From Amoebidium appalachense (lineage: Eukaryota > Protista > Ichthyosporea), in NCBI GenBank assembly GCA_963693365.1, contig CAVNZM010000002.1, positions 11,278,328 through 11,342,327 of the forward strand: a DNA stretch of 64,000 bases, written 5' to 3'. The notes beneath the pieces were generated by a model that made no database searches, was not told the DNA's origin, and was given only the letters and a program-made list of their open reading frames with translations. Position 1 is the first letter of the stretch; each line of letters begins with the position of its first letter. The translations under genes and the position numbers were made by a program. Positions 1 through 19,291 of this stretch are shown here, piece by piece.

Positions 1-7030
<7,030 letters not shown>

Positions 7031-7504
7031 TCTGTGGAATGGGTCGGAAAGAGTAAACAATGGGTACATCAAAAAGAATAGAAGATAGAATGATTGTTGT
7101 TGTTGCTTTGTTTTCCCCGTTTGTTTGTTGGGGGGGGAGGGGGGGGCACCTTTTAAGTTGCCGTGTGCATATAAGATCCCAAAACTGATAAAGCGTGTAT
7201 GGCAGCTGGGAAAGTATACGTATGTAGGTGGGTGATGGGGCAGGGGTTATTGGGTCGGCTATGAGTTCTAGTTGTAACTGTGAGGTTGGGATTATGGCGT
7301 GGTTGGATATCAGCAAACGAAACGAGGGGTGATTAACCGGGAGCTAATAACACCAGGCAGCAATAAGAAGGGGTTATATGTTTCGCGTGGTGTTGACAGA
7401 AAACCGGATAGGCATAGAGTAGGGGGCTGGGCAGCAATACTGATTGGCCTCTACTTGGTCTATGAGCTTGTGGATGGTTCAATATCCGAGGGTTTTGTGA
7501 TTGT

Positions 7505-7537
<33 letters not shown>

Positions 7538-7700
7538 CTACATAGGTGTATGTGTGTGTATGTGTGTTTACATGCGACAGGCATTTGTAAGTGCGCACCA
7601 CCGTGATGTGGGAGTACAGACACACGTCTGCAACCGCGAGCCCTTGTGTGTTTGTGTAACGAGGGTGTGTGTGTGTGTGTGTGTGTGCATGTATATTAAG

Positions 7701-7786
<86 letters not shown>

Positions 7787-8130
7787 ATGTGCATGCACGA
7801 GTGTGTGCCTGTGTGTGTGTGTGCGCACGTGTATAGGAGTAGTTGGGTGGGTGGGTGTGTGCATGTGTGTGTGTTTGTGTGCGTTTGTGTGTGTGTGTGT
7901 GTGTGTTTGTGTGTGTGTGTGCGTGCATGTGTGCGAGCGTGTGTGCGTGTGTGCGTGTGTGTGTGCGTGTGTGTGTGTGCGTGTGTGTTTGTGTGCAACG
8001 TGTTGGTGTGTGTGTGTGCGCGCGCATGCATGTGTTAACGATGCCCATTCCCCTTAAGCAACCAACCAAAGCACCAGAACAACCCCGCATTCACGTGTGA
8101 AACACACACACATGTACACGCACACACACA

Positions 8131-8165
<35 letters not shown>

Positions 8166-8168
8166 TAC

Positions 8169-8564
8169 ACGTGCGTCTGTGGGTGGTGGGGGTGGCCTGT
8201 GCACACTGTGCTTGTTTGGCACCTGGGGCTCACGTATGCCCTGGGCCTCCATTGCCTGTCGTAGCGCCACCATTGGCCCCATCTGTCCTGCCCGTCTGGC
8301 CCCCTCAAGTAGCAGGTCATATGTTCCACCGTTGCACGGTATCTGCTCCTTCTGCATCACGCTCCACAAATCCTGTGCACATCGACCATCTCAGACCATG
8401 TTTTTGGAGGACGTGGGCTCGTCAATGGGTATGGCTTCTGGTAGTAATTCTCATTGCGCTCCATTACAATGTGGTTCTGGATGTCGTATGGCACTGTGTT
8501 GTATGTACATAGCCCATACAACACGCTCTTTTCTGCACGACAAGAAGGGTTTTCTTTTTTTGGG

Positions 8565-8595
<31 letters not shown>

Positions 8596-10284
8596 TGTGT
8601 GTGGCGGGGAAGGGGGGGGGGGGGGGGGGGGGGGGGGGGAGATTACCAATCTTTTACATTGCATGCAATGCATAACAAGACGTTGGGTGTGGTTCCATGA
8701 TTAGTCAAATCGTAGCCCAGTCCACTCTTCTTGCCTGTCTTTGCGCGCAAGCGATGGCACATGCTCTTTTTTATGTTGTGTGTGCATCCAAAGGGAGAAG
8801 AAGCACGGGAAGGACGGGTCGGAGGGGGGGAAGGGAGGGAGGGGACGGAGGGAAGGGAGGGGAGGGGGTGACCATACATAAGCCATCAAGAATTTGCCCT
8901 CCCTCACGCATGCTCTGATGGCGATGTTGTAGTGGCTGGTATCAAGCTTCACCCCCTCCGCCCTCAACTGCCCAATCACATTGACGGCCTGCTGGCCCCT
9001 CATGGTCATGCGGATGGACGTGAACAGTTGGAGCAGCGGGTGTGTGGGTGGTGGCTTGCTTCCGCTGAGGGGAGGAAGAGGTGGGTGAGGTAAACGGGAG
9101 ACACAAAACGCTGGGTGGGGGGGGGGGGGGGGGGGGGGGGGCTGATCGAAAGAGGGGGGGGGGGTAGGTAGGGACTGGGCGGCCGGTTAGTGGGAAAGGA
9201 GGGGGGGGGGGGGGAGAAGGGGGGGGAGTGGGGGGAGGGGGGGGGGAGGGGCTGGATAATGTTCGGTGGGAGACCTGGGAACACAGGCCAAGGAGGGAGT
9301 GCGGAGGGGATTGGGGGGGGGGGGGGGGGGAGGAGGGGGGGGAAAGGGGGTGCAGGAGGGGGGAGAAGGGCGGGATGTTGGGGGAGGGGGGGGGGGGGGA
9401 GAGGAGGAAGAGGAGAAGGGGGAGGGGGGGGGGGGGGGTTCTGTCAAAATTTGGGACTTTGAGCCGGCAAGAGCAACTAAAACCGACTGTTTCTATTGTA
9501 AGGATGCAAAGCGATCAGACTTCGACAAGCTCCCATGCGGGGTACGAAGGGACTGCAAAAAGGGGGACAACGCGCACGTGCGAAGAAAGGGAGACAATCG
9601 GGTGAGCAATGAAACAAGATGATGGTCGGAACGACAGTTTCTCGCCTCCCCTCCCACCCCCCCCCCCCCCCCCCCCCAAACAACAACAACACCCCCCCCC
9701 TCGTTTGTGGGGGGTAAGGGGGGGAGGGGGGGGGGGGGTTGAGAATGGTGGGAACGAGAAGATGGAGGTGGGGGGGAAGGGCTATATTTCTTCGGTTCGT
9801 AGGATGATGGGGGTGGCGCAAGGAGCAATTATATAGGGAAGAGTTGGAGAATGGCAAGGTCGGTGAAAGCAGGACAAAAGGAGGACAAAGGGGGGGGGGG
9901 GGCAGAATGTGTGATATATGAGGTGGAGGCTTACCTGCCTGTAGAAAATTCCCTTGCACAAACGGCTCGGGCGAAGAGTTTTAGGCTCGGCCCACCCTGA
10001 AATATTATGCTTATGATCAGTTACTGGATGTTTTCGTGAGTATAGGCCTAAGGCAGAGGGGTGATGGCATAAATAGGTACGTGCGGACAACGACAATGTG
10101 GGCTTGTGCTCGAATACATATGGACCTAAGCCGATTTTTTTTGTGTGGGCATGTCATATCACACGGAGAATAAGGATTAAAGAAAAACACATCTCAACGA
10201 CTCTTTTGCATTCAAAAGGTCAGCGATATTTTGTAGGGAATACACATACAAGACTTAGCCAAGAGACTGAAAGAACGTGGGGAA

Positions 10285-10328
<44 letters not shown>

Positions 10329-10747
10329 AAGCCTGTGCAATGAGAAGCCATGGGTGCCTTTACGACCGTGTGTGAACACACTCTCAAAAAACAAGTCAAC
10401 GCAACTCAAGGTATCTTTTGGTTGGCCCACTTGTCAGACCATTTTTTACGCATCGCATAAGAACTAACCTTATAGTGGGCAGAGGCAATGCCACAAATGC
10501 ACGACCGATATATCACAAACGTACAAAAGGTTAGCCGGCTCATGTGTTGTTTCAATGGCAGCCCTTGATTGAGCGGGTAAATCGGGAGGGGGATTAAGAA
10601 GAAGAGAAGGGAGAATCAGGGAAAGTTAGGGGGGGGGGGGGGGAAGAGAAGGGGGGGGGGGAAGGGGGAAAGGGGGGAAGGGGATTGGGGAGGGGGGGGG
10701 TGGGGGGGGGGGGGGGGGCGGAGGGGGAGGGGGGGGGGGGGAGGGGG

Positions 10748-10781
<34 letters not shown>

Positions 10782-10831
10782 ACCTGTTTAGAGGCGAGGC
10801 GGGCCCCCAATTGAAACACTAGCGAAGCCAT
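8169..10831 (-). CDS. Mitochondrial-presequence + pentatricopeptide-repeat (PPR) module, 4 exons; probably the 5' part of the RdRP gene
   Basis: Exons 10784-10831, 9935-9996, 8878-9064 and 8169-8372 join in phase: MASLVFQLGARLASKQGGPSLKLFARAVCAREFSTGSG...QAVNVIGQLRAEGVKLDTSHYNIAIRACVREGKFLMAYDLWSVMQKEQIPCNGGTYDLLLEGARRAGQMGPMVALRQAMEAQGI. This matches the PPR consensus (YN.LI..C...G....A..L...M...G..P...TY). There is no stop before the GTAAGG donor at 8168. Confidence 0.85.
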
Positions 10832-11233
10832 TGCTAGGCTATACACCAAGGTGAGGAAAGGAGGGTGATGGTTCTAACAGTTATGTGGTGGCATGGTAGG
10901 TCGTAACTGGTGGTCTCGCTTCTGGAGGTGAATAAAGGAGAATTCTGAAAGCATTAACAGTTGGCCCCTGTTTGCTTTGCATGCATATTTGTATGTGTGC
11001 GTATATTCAAGAACGTGCACGGCGCGTGCGTGCGTGGGTTCGTGCGTGCGCGTGCACGCCTGTGTTGTATTAAAGTGTAAGTTGTTTTTGCAATCCTCCA
11101 ACGCTGACTTGACACACAGCCTCTTTGCCGAGTAGAAATGAGAAACAGACCGTGAAGCGGGGCCACTTTGACATGGCCATCCATGCAGCCACCTGCGATT
11201 ACGTAACTTTGAAATTCACAACTATATATCTCC

Positions 11234-11349
11234 AGGGGGTTTACGCTGTTTACTCGAGGCAAAGAGAAACCAGTCTCAGGTATGGGGGGGGTTTTGCTCG
11301 GAATATCCCCTCAGCGGTATATCATGATCACGTACATAGATGTCGGGCA
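11234..11349 (-). mobile_element. Retroelement family A, 3'-terminal ~115-bp fragment
   Basis: GGGGGTTTACGCTGTTTACTCGAGGCAAAGAG...CATAGATGTCGGG is near-identical to 11717-11831 and to the reverse complement of 24132-24248. Confidence 0.9.
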
Positions 11350-11544
11350 GTGCAATGTGCACCCCTGCGTCGGGGGCCATAGGGACCAGCCAGATATCTC
11401 CAGCATGGATCGTAGGAAAAAACGAGGCCAGCGGCGCCAGTTCTTCAAAAACCGCCTACAGCATAGTCAGCATAGTTTGGATAAGATCGGCATTATTTTC
11501 TCACCCACTCTTCTGTTTTTTTTTGTTTTTGTTTTTTTTGCCCT

Positions 11545-11678
11545 TTCTACATGTTTATATGACAGGTCAACAACTGCATCGAGATAGCTGGTCTTGAAAA
11601 TGCTTGTTTTTTTTTTGGTGAAAATCCTCCTGAATTTTTTTTTCTTCTTTTGTCCACGCATTAAAAAGTGTGTAAACC
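11545..11678 (+). mobile_element. Diverged 3'-UTR remnant of LINE family C
   Basis: TGTCCACGCATTAAAAAGTGTGTAAACCC resembles the LINE 3' end TGTCCACAGCAATCAATAGTGTGTAAACCCC at 57493-57523. The upstream CTGCAT..GCTG..GAAAA.GC block also aligns. Confidence 0.55.
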
Positions 11679-11716
11679 CTTTCTTTTGACTGGATTTAGT
11701 CGACGGAAAGAGAGCT

Positions 11717-12002
11717 GGGGGGGTTTACGCTGTTTACTCGAGGCAAAGAGAGACCAGTCTCAGGTAGGGGGGGGGGGTTTGCTCGGAATATCCCTCAGCA
11801 GTATATCATGATCACGTACATAGATGTCGGGTGATGATTATATATCAGGGTTTACTTTCTCTACGAGACACATTAGCCTTAAGACTAAGAAAGAAAAAAG
11901 AAAAAAAATCTTTTGACTGGATTCAATAAGTTGGGGTTCCCCGTTTTTTTTGTTTTTTTTTTTGTTTTTTTTTCCCGGGCTCCCCTGGACCTCGGTATCA
12001 GC

Positions 12003-12050
<48 letters not shown>

Positions 12051-12960
12051 TGTGTGTGTGTGGGTGGGTGTGTGGGTGTGCTAGAATTTTGTAATGATGT
12101 GTTTCTCAAGCCAATCAATACATCTAATAATAAACAGGTCGTAGTTACGCGTGTTTAGCATAAAATCAAGGATGTTGTAATTTTCAGGTAGGCTATCTTT
12201 CTGGGTGTCTGTTGTGAATGTGACGTGTGTGTGTTGCGGTATTATCTGGTCTATCAAACTACATTTGGCGATACATGCTGCCACCTACTGAGGTGACGTC
12301 TCAGGAAAAAATCGATGAGGCGAACGGCAAGTTCATAGCAGCCCAGGCACCGCAGTACGTGCCAGCGATACATGACCGTTTAAACTGGTGTGCGTGTGTG
12401 TTGTTTGGGCATGCAAACGATGCCACCTTATACCTATTTGATCTCCACTGTATAGCACGTGTACAGTAAAAGCGTGGTATGTGATCAATAATACCTTCAG
12501 CTAGAGAAAGACCAATTCTACAGGAAGGTAATATGTATTTAGGTGTTACACGCTTGCGAGTGCCATATTTAAATTTGGCAATATGGTTAAGGCGGTCATT
12601 ATATATAAAACGAGACAAAAGGCTTAGTTTTCAAGGTGTATGCTTTCATCGGGTCTGGTGTCGTGTGGTATCTTTTTCCATTTGTTATATTGCGTAATTA
12701 TCTTATGACTGTACATGACGTCTATGTATAAGTAAGTGGCAGTCCAAAGTCACACGCACACTTTTGCGGGGTTTATTTGTGTTTGTGGCCGGGGGAAAAG
12801 GAGAGAGAGAGGGAAGGAAAGAGGGGAGAGGTGAGGAGGGGACAGGTCGGATAGAGAAGAGAGGGTGGGAGGGCAAATACTTCTTTTAGTGGCTTATGTA
12901 CTTAATGAATTTCAGCGCGAGATGGGATACTCTAGCAGCTATTGGGACCAGACCATATAT
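11717..12960 (-). mobile_element. Non-LTR retrotransposon family A, 5'-truncated copy (C-terminal ORF remnant + 3' UTR)
   Basis: About 1.1 kb inverted, highly similar copy of 23137-24248. Encodes RFYCTRAIQWRSNRY..CPNN..FKRSCIA and NILDFMLNTRNYDLF. Confidence 0.9.
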
Positions 12961-13016
12961 GTCTTGGTTTATGGTTTAGAAGGCCGATTTTCCGGATAGC
13001 GACTTGCTGCTGTTTG

Positions 13017-13045
13017 ATTGGAGTACAAGTGTTTTTGGCGGGAAA
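13017..13045 (+). promoter_or_regulatory. Reverse CCAAT box plus consensus E2F site upstream of the SPATA22-like gene
   Basis: ATTGG at 13017-13021 and TTTGGCGGGAAA at 13034-13045, about 480 bp before the predicted ATG. Confidence 0.45.
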
Positions 13046-13522
13046 CATTGTGATAATCGTGAGTCAAGACTCAAGAGGAGAGCACGTCCGAGTTTCTCCG
13101 GCTTCCCCCACCTGACACTCCAAAAGGCATTTTCCTAGCTTGCACCTGTATAACACTTCTGTAAGGTCTCTTGGTTGTAAAATTACTTCTTATTTGGTTC
13201 TTTGGAGGCATTGGACTCAACGTTTTACACTACAAGTTGAGCAGTTGGACAAGACTGAAACGCCGACTTGCACTAGCGAGCTGCCTTGTATGTAGCTTAC
13301 ACATGCACAGAACACCTACACAACGGCTGTATACAATAGAAGAGTATCTTTTCCCAACCTATTTTTAAGCTGCCGCCATATTTTTTTTCTGACACGCATG
13401 CTTGCATGCAACGGCTCTACCCTTCTTGCACAAATTTGCTGGTGCTGGGAACAAACATAACGCAGTGTTGTTCAGTGACCGACTCTTATTCCTACCTTAC
13501 TGCCTTGAGCTTCCACGAAACC

Positions 13523-14175
13523 ATGTCACGAAACAGCGTTCGTGTGGCCCAGACCACCTCACCTGACGACCTCTGTACCCAGCCAGATGTTTTTGGGTAT
13601 CGTCTTTCCGCTACTGCATTGGATTCTCTTTCCCCTCTTTCCCCTCCCCACTTCCTCCTCCACCGTCCTCCTGCCTCCACGGACACTCAAAAAGTGTCCC
13701 GTGGGTTGCATCACTGCCTTTCCCCCCTCCCTTCCCCCAAACCCCTAATCCACCTCTTCCATCCAAAGAAAAAGAATCTAAATCCGTTTAGTGAGCGGGG
13801 ATGGCTTGGTTTTACAGCACAACGCACACAAGGACCGGCCAGTTTTTACGTGGAGGCAACTGTGCATTCTCTGCTCTGACTCCATTTTGAAGCAGCCAGA
13901 AAGGCTACTGTGTCTTTCACTATCATTGTGCAATTTTAGGAAACATAAGTGGGCACATGTGTTGGAACCTAAGAAAGGAGAACGAGTTTGGGAGCCTTTT
14001 AAGAAGAGTCTGCACTATTTACCCCGTCAGAAAGACTCTAGAACACACTCACTTTTTTTGTCGTTATGACAACAACTGGCTCACTGTAACCTCTTCCTTG
14101 CAGGGCAGAAGATATAGAGGAGGGCTGGGACAAAGACATGGCCGACTTTGACCTCAGGTGTGTTGTATTCTTTTT

Positions 14176-14206
<31 letters not shown>

Positions 14207-15357
14207 GGGGGGGGGGGGGATGAGGCTTGTCTGTGTGTATATTTTTGTCCTTCTTTCTCTTTCTCTCGTTGTGTGTGGGTGGGTGTGTGGGTGTGTGGGT
14301 ATGTATGTGTGTGCTATGCTTGCCTGTGTGCATGTTCTTGTGTGCAAGTGTGCGCTATTTGTGTATGTTGGTGCCCAAGTGCATATGCTCGCTGATACGG
14401 CAACCTACAATGGCCCTTGCCACTTATTGGGGTGTTTGTATTCTCAACCTGTGCTTCCATGCCCACATATATACACAACTTCCTCATGCTTTTCTCTGTT
14501 TCTCCCACCCCTACATCTCACTCGGTGTTTCTGCTCCCAAACGTCACTCCACCCCCTTCCCCATTCAATCTTTGTTCCGGACGTCAAATAGCTGTTAGTG
14601 TTGGGCGCCTGGGAGGAAGTATGTGTGAGGTGGACAGGCTGTTCTGGTGTGGGTGTGTCAAGTTGTGTCCGGGTGCATGTGTGCTTTTTTGTATACGCTC
14701 TTATGGGTGGTTCTATCTATATAGAAATAATCAGAAAAGAAATCGACGATTTGGTGTTTAAGAGATGCACGTGATTGAAATCGTGCCTGCTTGATCCTTT
14801 TGAAAGGAACTCAGATTCCACACGTTTGTTCTCAATCTGCAACCGGTAGCAAAAATAATGGTGCTTGGTATCAGTTCCATTTCTCGCCAGCTTTGCTTGA
14901 CATCCAACCAACCGCCACCATCTTCTTCTCACACGACTAAACCCGTTTTTTTTCCTTTCACAGCACCGTAGATCCACCCACCAAATCCCCCTACTTTGCC
15001 TCCCGTGCCACCGCCGCCAACCGCAAGGGAGACCACCTTGTTCCCATCCCCTTCCAGCGCAAAACCGGTGGCCCACCCCCCAACCCCGAATCCACCTTCA
15101 AGCCCGTCATCACAGGCAACCCCACAGGCATCCGCCCACTCAACATCGCCCCATCGACCCGCCCGCCTCACCCTTCCCCTGCTGCGTCCAAAAATGGCAA
15201 CACTGCTGCGCCTAAAAGGGTGCAGACCACCATCCAGCAGTCACTTGGTCTGGCCGATAAACCTGCAAGGAGGGTGCCCACCCCTGCCTTGCAGCGTGAT
15301 AAGCGCCACGTGGACGATGTTGCGTGGGTTACCCTCCCCCCTCCTCCCCCTTCCCCC

Positions 15358-15415
<58 letters not shown>

Positions 15416-15439
15416 AATACAACGCGCACACACACACGC

Positions 15440-15473
<34 letters not shown>

Positions 15474-15581
15474 AACACAGCCAACCGTTGTGACAAAAAA
15501 AAAAACCGCGCAGAAACAAGCACACATTGCTAATATGGCGCTCTCTCGCTAAGCTCCTAATACCCTATAAATGACCCCCCC

Positions 15582-15612
<31 letters not shown>

Positions 15613-15836
15613 ACACACACACACTCCACACCACCCGCCCACCCGCTTACTCAACCATCCGTGCACCCCAACAACAAGAAAGAAAAGAGGGGGAAAGCAC
15701 CGCATACATGCTTAAACCCACAACCACCACGACTCCATCCCAACTCAACCCACACACCCGGACGTTTTTTTTTGTGCTTTTTTTTTTTTGTGGCCGTGTG
15801 TGTGAGGTGGTGCGGGGGGGGGGGGGGGGGGGGGGG

Positions 15837-15882
<46 letters not shown>

Positions 15883-15980
15883 GGGAGGGGGTGGGGGGGA
15901 GGGTAGAAGGGGACATAATGGCACAGCAAGGAGATGGTGTTCCGAATGTTTTTTTTTTTTTTTTTTTTTTTTTTTGGTGT

Positions 15981-16032
<52 letters not shown>

Positions 16033-17116
16033 GGAGGGGAGGGACCAATTTTAGCTTGCCAGGCATGGTACCAGCCCATTTGCTTGATGCTGTGTGACGC
16101 AGATGTAAACCCAACTAATCGGTTTGGTAGCAGCACGGTGGAAGATGTAGCGCCACTCAAAAAGCAGCCCAGAATAGCGTCCCTGCCTAAAGAGTCTCCT
16201 TGTGAAGGTATGGGCCTATATGCTGGCTTCATTCTTCCCATGCCCCTAATTATGGTCTTTTTCTCTAACATGAGTTGGGCACTTAGGCACCATAGAAAAG
16301 CAAGAGCAACATGGAAAGGCACTGCATCCATATCTAACCTGACATGCACCAGGAATGTAGCATTCACCATTATGCCGAACTTATCCACATTCGTGGGAAG
16401 AACATATAATCGGCAAGCACAAGCACACGCCTGTAACAATGGGATTATGAACTTGACTATCGTGCTGTTGTATCCGGACAGCTGCACACACTTATCTGCT
16501 CAATCCATCAGCTCATTCCTAATCCTCTCCCCCCTCACAATCCCCCCCCCCCCCCCCCCCCCGCCGCCGCCGGCGCCCCCTTCTCCCCTCCACCCATGGG
16601 TTGCCTACCACACACGCGCGCACTCAGATCTGACTGCACCTTCAAGTCTGCCCCACAGCACATCTTTGAGTACATCCAAGCTAGCCTTTAAGGTGAGCAA
16701 TCCGATTGGTGCTCCATGGATCCCCTCCCTCCCTCCCTCCTCCCTCCCCACCCCCTCACCCACACACACACACACATACACACACACACACACACATGCA
16801 TGTACGCACACATACGATTGCAACCTAGATTTTTCCATACTTTCCGCCTTATTTTTGCTCGTTTGTATGTAGGAAGCTCAAATCAAAATCGCATATAGTG
16901 GAGACGGGGACATGTTAGCTACGTAGGAAAGGGTTTTACTGGTGTATAGATTACCGAAGTGAAGGGGAGGGTTGAAGATGAAGGAGATCCCGTTGGCTGA
17001 GGGGGAGGGTGGGGGGGATGGCCATGGCTGGAAATTTTAAATGTACAAATCAATTTTTGAGGACTCTTTTTGTTGAAGGCAACGGTAATTTTTTGGGTTC
17101 GATATCCAGGGGGAGA

Positions 17117-17152
<36 letters not shown>

Positions 17153-17385
17153 GGGGGGGGGGGGGGGATAAAAGGCTGTGATCGTCAAATCTAAAGCTTT
17201 ATGACCCTTTTTGTTTTAGACTGGTTGTTTTAAGTTCAGAATCTTGGGGTTGAGATGGCAATTGGAGGGAGGGGGGAGGGGGGGGGTTTGCAAATTTGTT
17301 AATTTTAAGTGTCCACACAACGGCCTTTTATTAGAATTCTTCGTAAATGTTTTCACGTTCGTCATCCGAATGGAACTGAGGGTGG

Positions 17386-17418
<33 letters not shown>

Positions 17419-18189
17419 AGAGGGGGCCGAGGGGGAGGAGGATACTTTCGTGCATCTGATTGGTTGAGTGTCTTGTTTTTAGATCAAGGCCGGTGCTGCT
17501 AAATCATCATTTCATGGCGCCAAAAGTAACATGGAGCGTGTGTGGTATCTATCTGTTTGGTTAATGGCCAGTTATGTGCTTCTCTGAAGCGATGACTGCC
17601 TACGTTGTGGATGCATGGGTGTGCAGAGAGAATATGCCATTTGGCGGGGCTTTACAGATTTTTATGGTTTTGCCTGTTGTTTGTTGTTCGTGTTACTTAG
17701 GATTGAATCATGGAATGGAAGGTTGGTGCGGATGGCTGTGGCTGCTTCAAAAGGGGTTTTTGGGCACCTTTTCCGTGTTCAAGCTTTTACGTTACCTTAT
17801 GTTGATGGGCAGGCGGTGAAGAAGCCCGGCGCGGGGGGGAGGGGGGGGGGGGGGGGGGGGGGGGCTTCATGGTGAGTGTGTGCACTTGCCTGTGTATGGT
17901 TAGGGCACTATAGTGGGATTTTTATAGTGGGATGTTTGGTAAAAACGAGTGTGATCATGAATGGGGAAACCCTCAGCTCGAGGAGATTGTGGGGCCCAAC
18001 CGAGGAGTGCGCATCCTGAGCAGCAACATAGCAAGTAATCGGCCTTTTTGTGACTTTGGATTTTTTTTTTTTTTACTTCGTAGTTTCTGGCACCGGGGTT
18101 TGAACTGGGGCAAATGTTAAATATGCTTTGGTAATGTTAACTTTGCCCGTTGTGCTCCTTTTCTTGGTTGGGCCTCCCTGCGAAGCTAT

Positions 18190-18225
<36 letters not shown>

Positions 18226-18738
18226 AATATTCGCTAAAAGGCTTGACCGTTCGAAGTTTTCTTTCTGCTTTAACAGGCATAGTTGTTTTTTTCCAGACGT
18301 TGTACAGATCGAGCCTTTGGGGTGGGAAACGATTGGGACGGGTCGTGCGGGGAAGGGGGGGGGGGGGGGGGGGGGGGGGGGATGGGTGCCTTTCGTGGAT
18401 GTTTGTGTGCATGTGGCATGTTTTCTTCCGTTCAAACGTGGGGATGGGGGGGGGTGGGGGGGGGGGGGGGGGGGGGGGGGTGACATGGATCCTTCCAAGT
18501 GTAGTTTTTGCTCCTTTAGCTTGTTTGTTGACCTGCAGTGGTTGCTGCTGCTGTGCTATGTATACTCGGTGGTGCTTATGATACTGCAGGATGACCAAAA
18601 ACAGGTTGTTCACGGAGAGCGATTTTTCACTTTCCGATCCCTAATCAGAGTTTGTTGGACAGGAACAGTTGTTACGTGTATGCTGATGCAAACATCCCTA
18701 CAACACATGGAACATGCGCACCAGCACGCACACACACA

Positions 18739-18795
<57 letters not shown>

Positions 18796-18926
18796 TAACA
18801 CGCAGACAGAGATAGAGAGAGTGTGCATTGAACCAACAAGCAACTACTACTCACATGCTAACACTCCCTACCCCCCCTCCCCTCCCCACGTGCCCACCCA
18901 CCCATCCTCCCCCCACACACACACAT

Positions 18927-18974
<48 letters not shown>

Positions 18975-19237
18975 CACACAGGCCTTCGAGCATCCAGCCC
19001 AGCACTGTTTACCCGCCCCGACCTGATTGAGCTCCTAGGTCTGTCCCAACAAGGCTCCCCGTCCCCCCCCCCCCCCACCCCCCACACATACACACACACA
19101 CTCCTTATCTTCCCCTCTCATCTCTTGCCCTTCCCACGCCACCCACGTCCCTCACCTCCTCCGTTTTTTACAGTCAACCTGTTTCTCTGGCGCCTATGTG
19201 CATACACTCAAACACAGATGTCTTCAAAAGATCGCTA

Positions 19238-19291
<54 letters not shown>

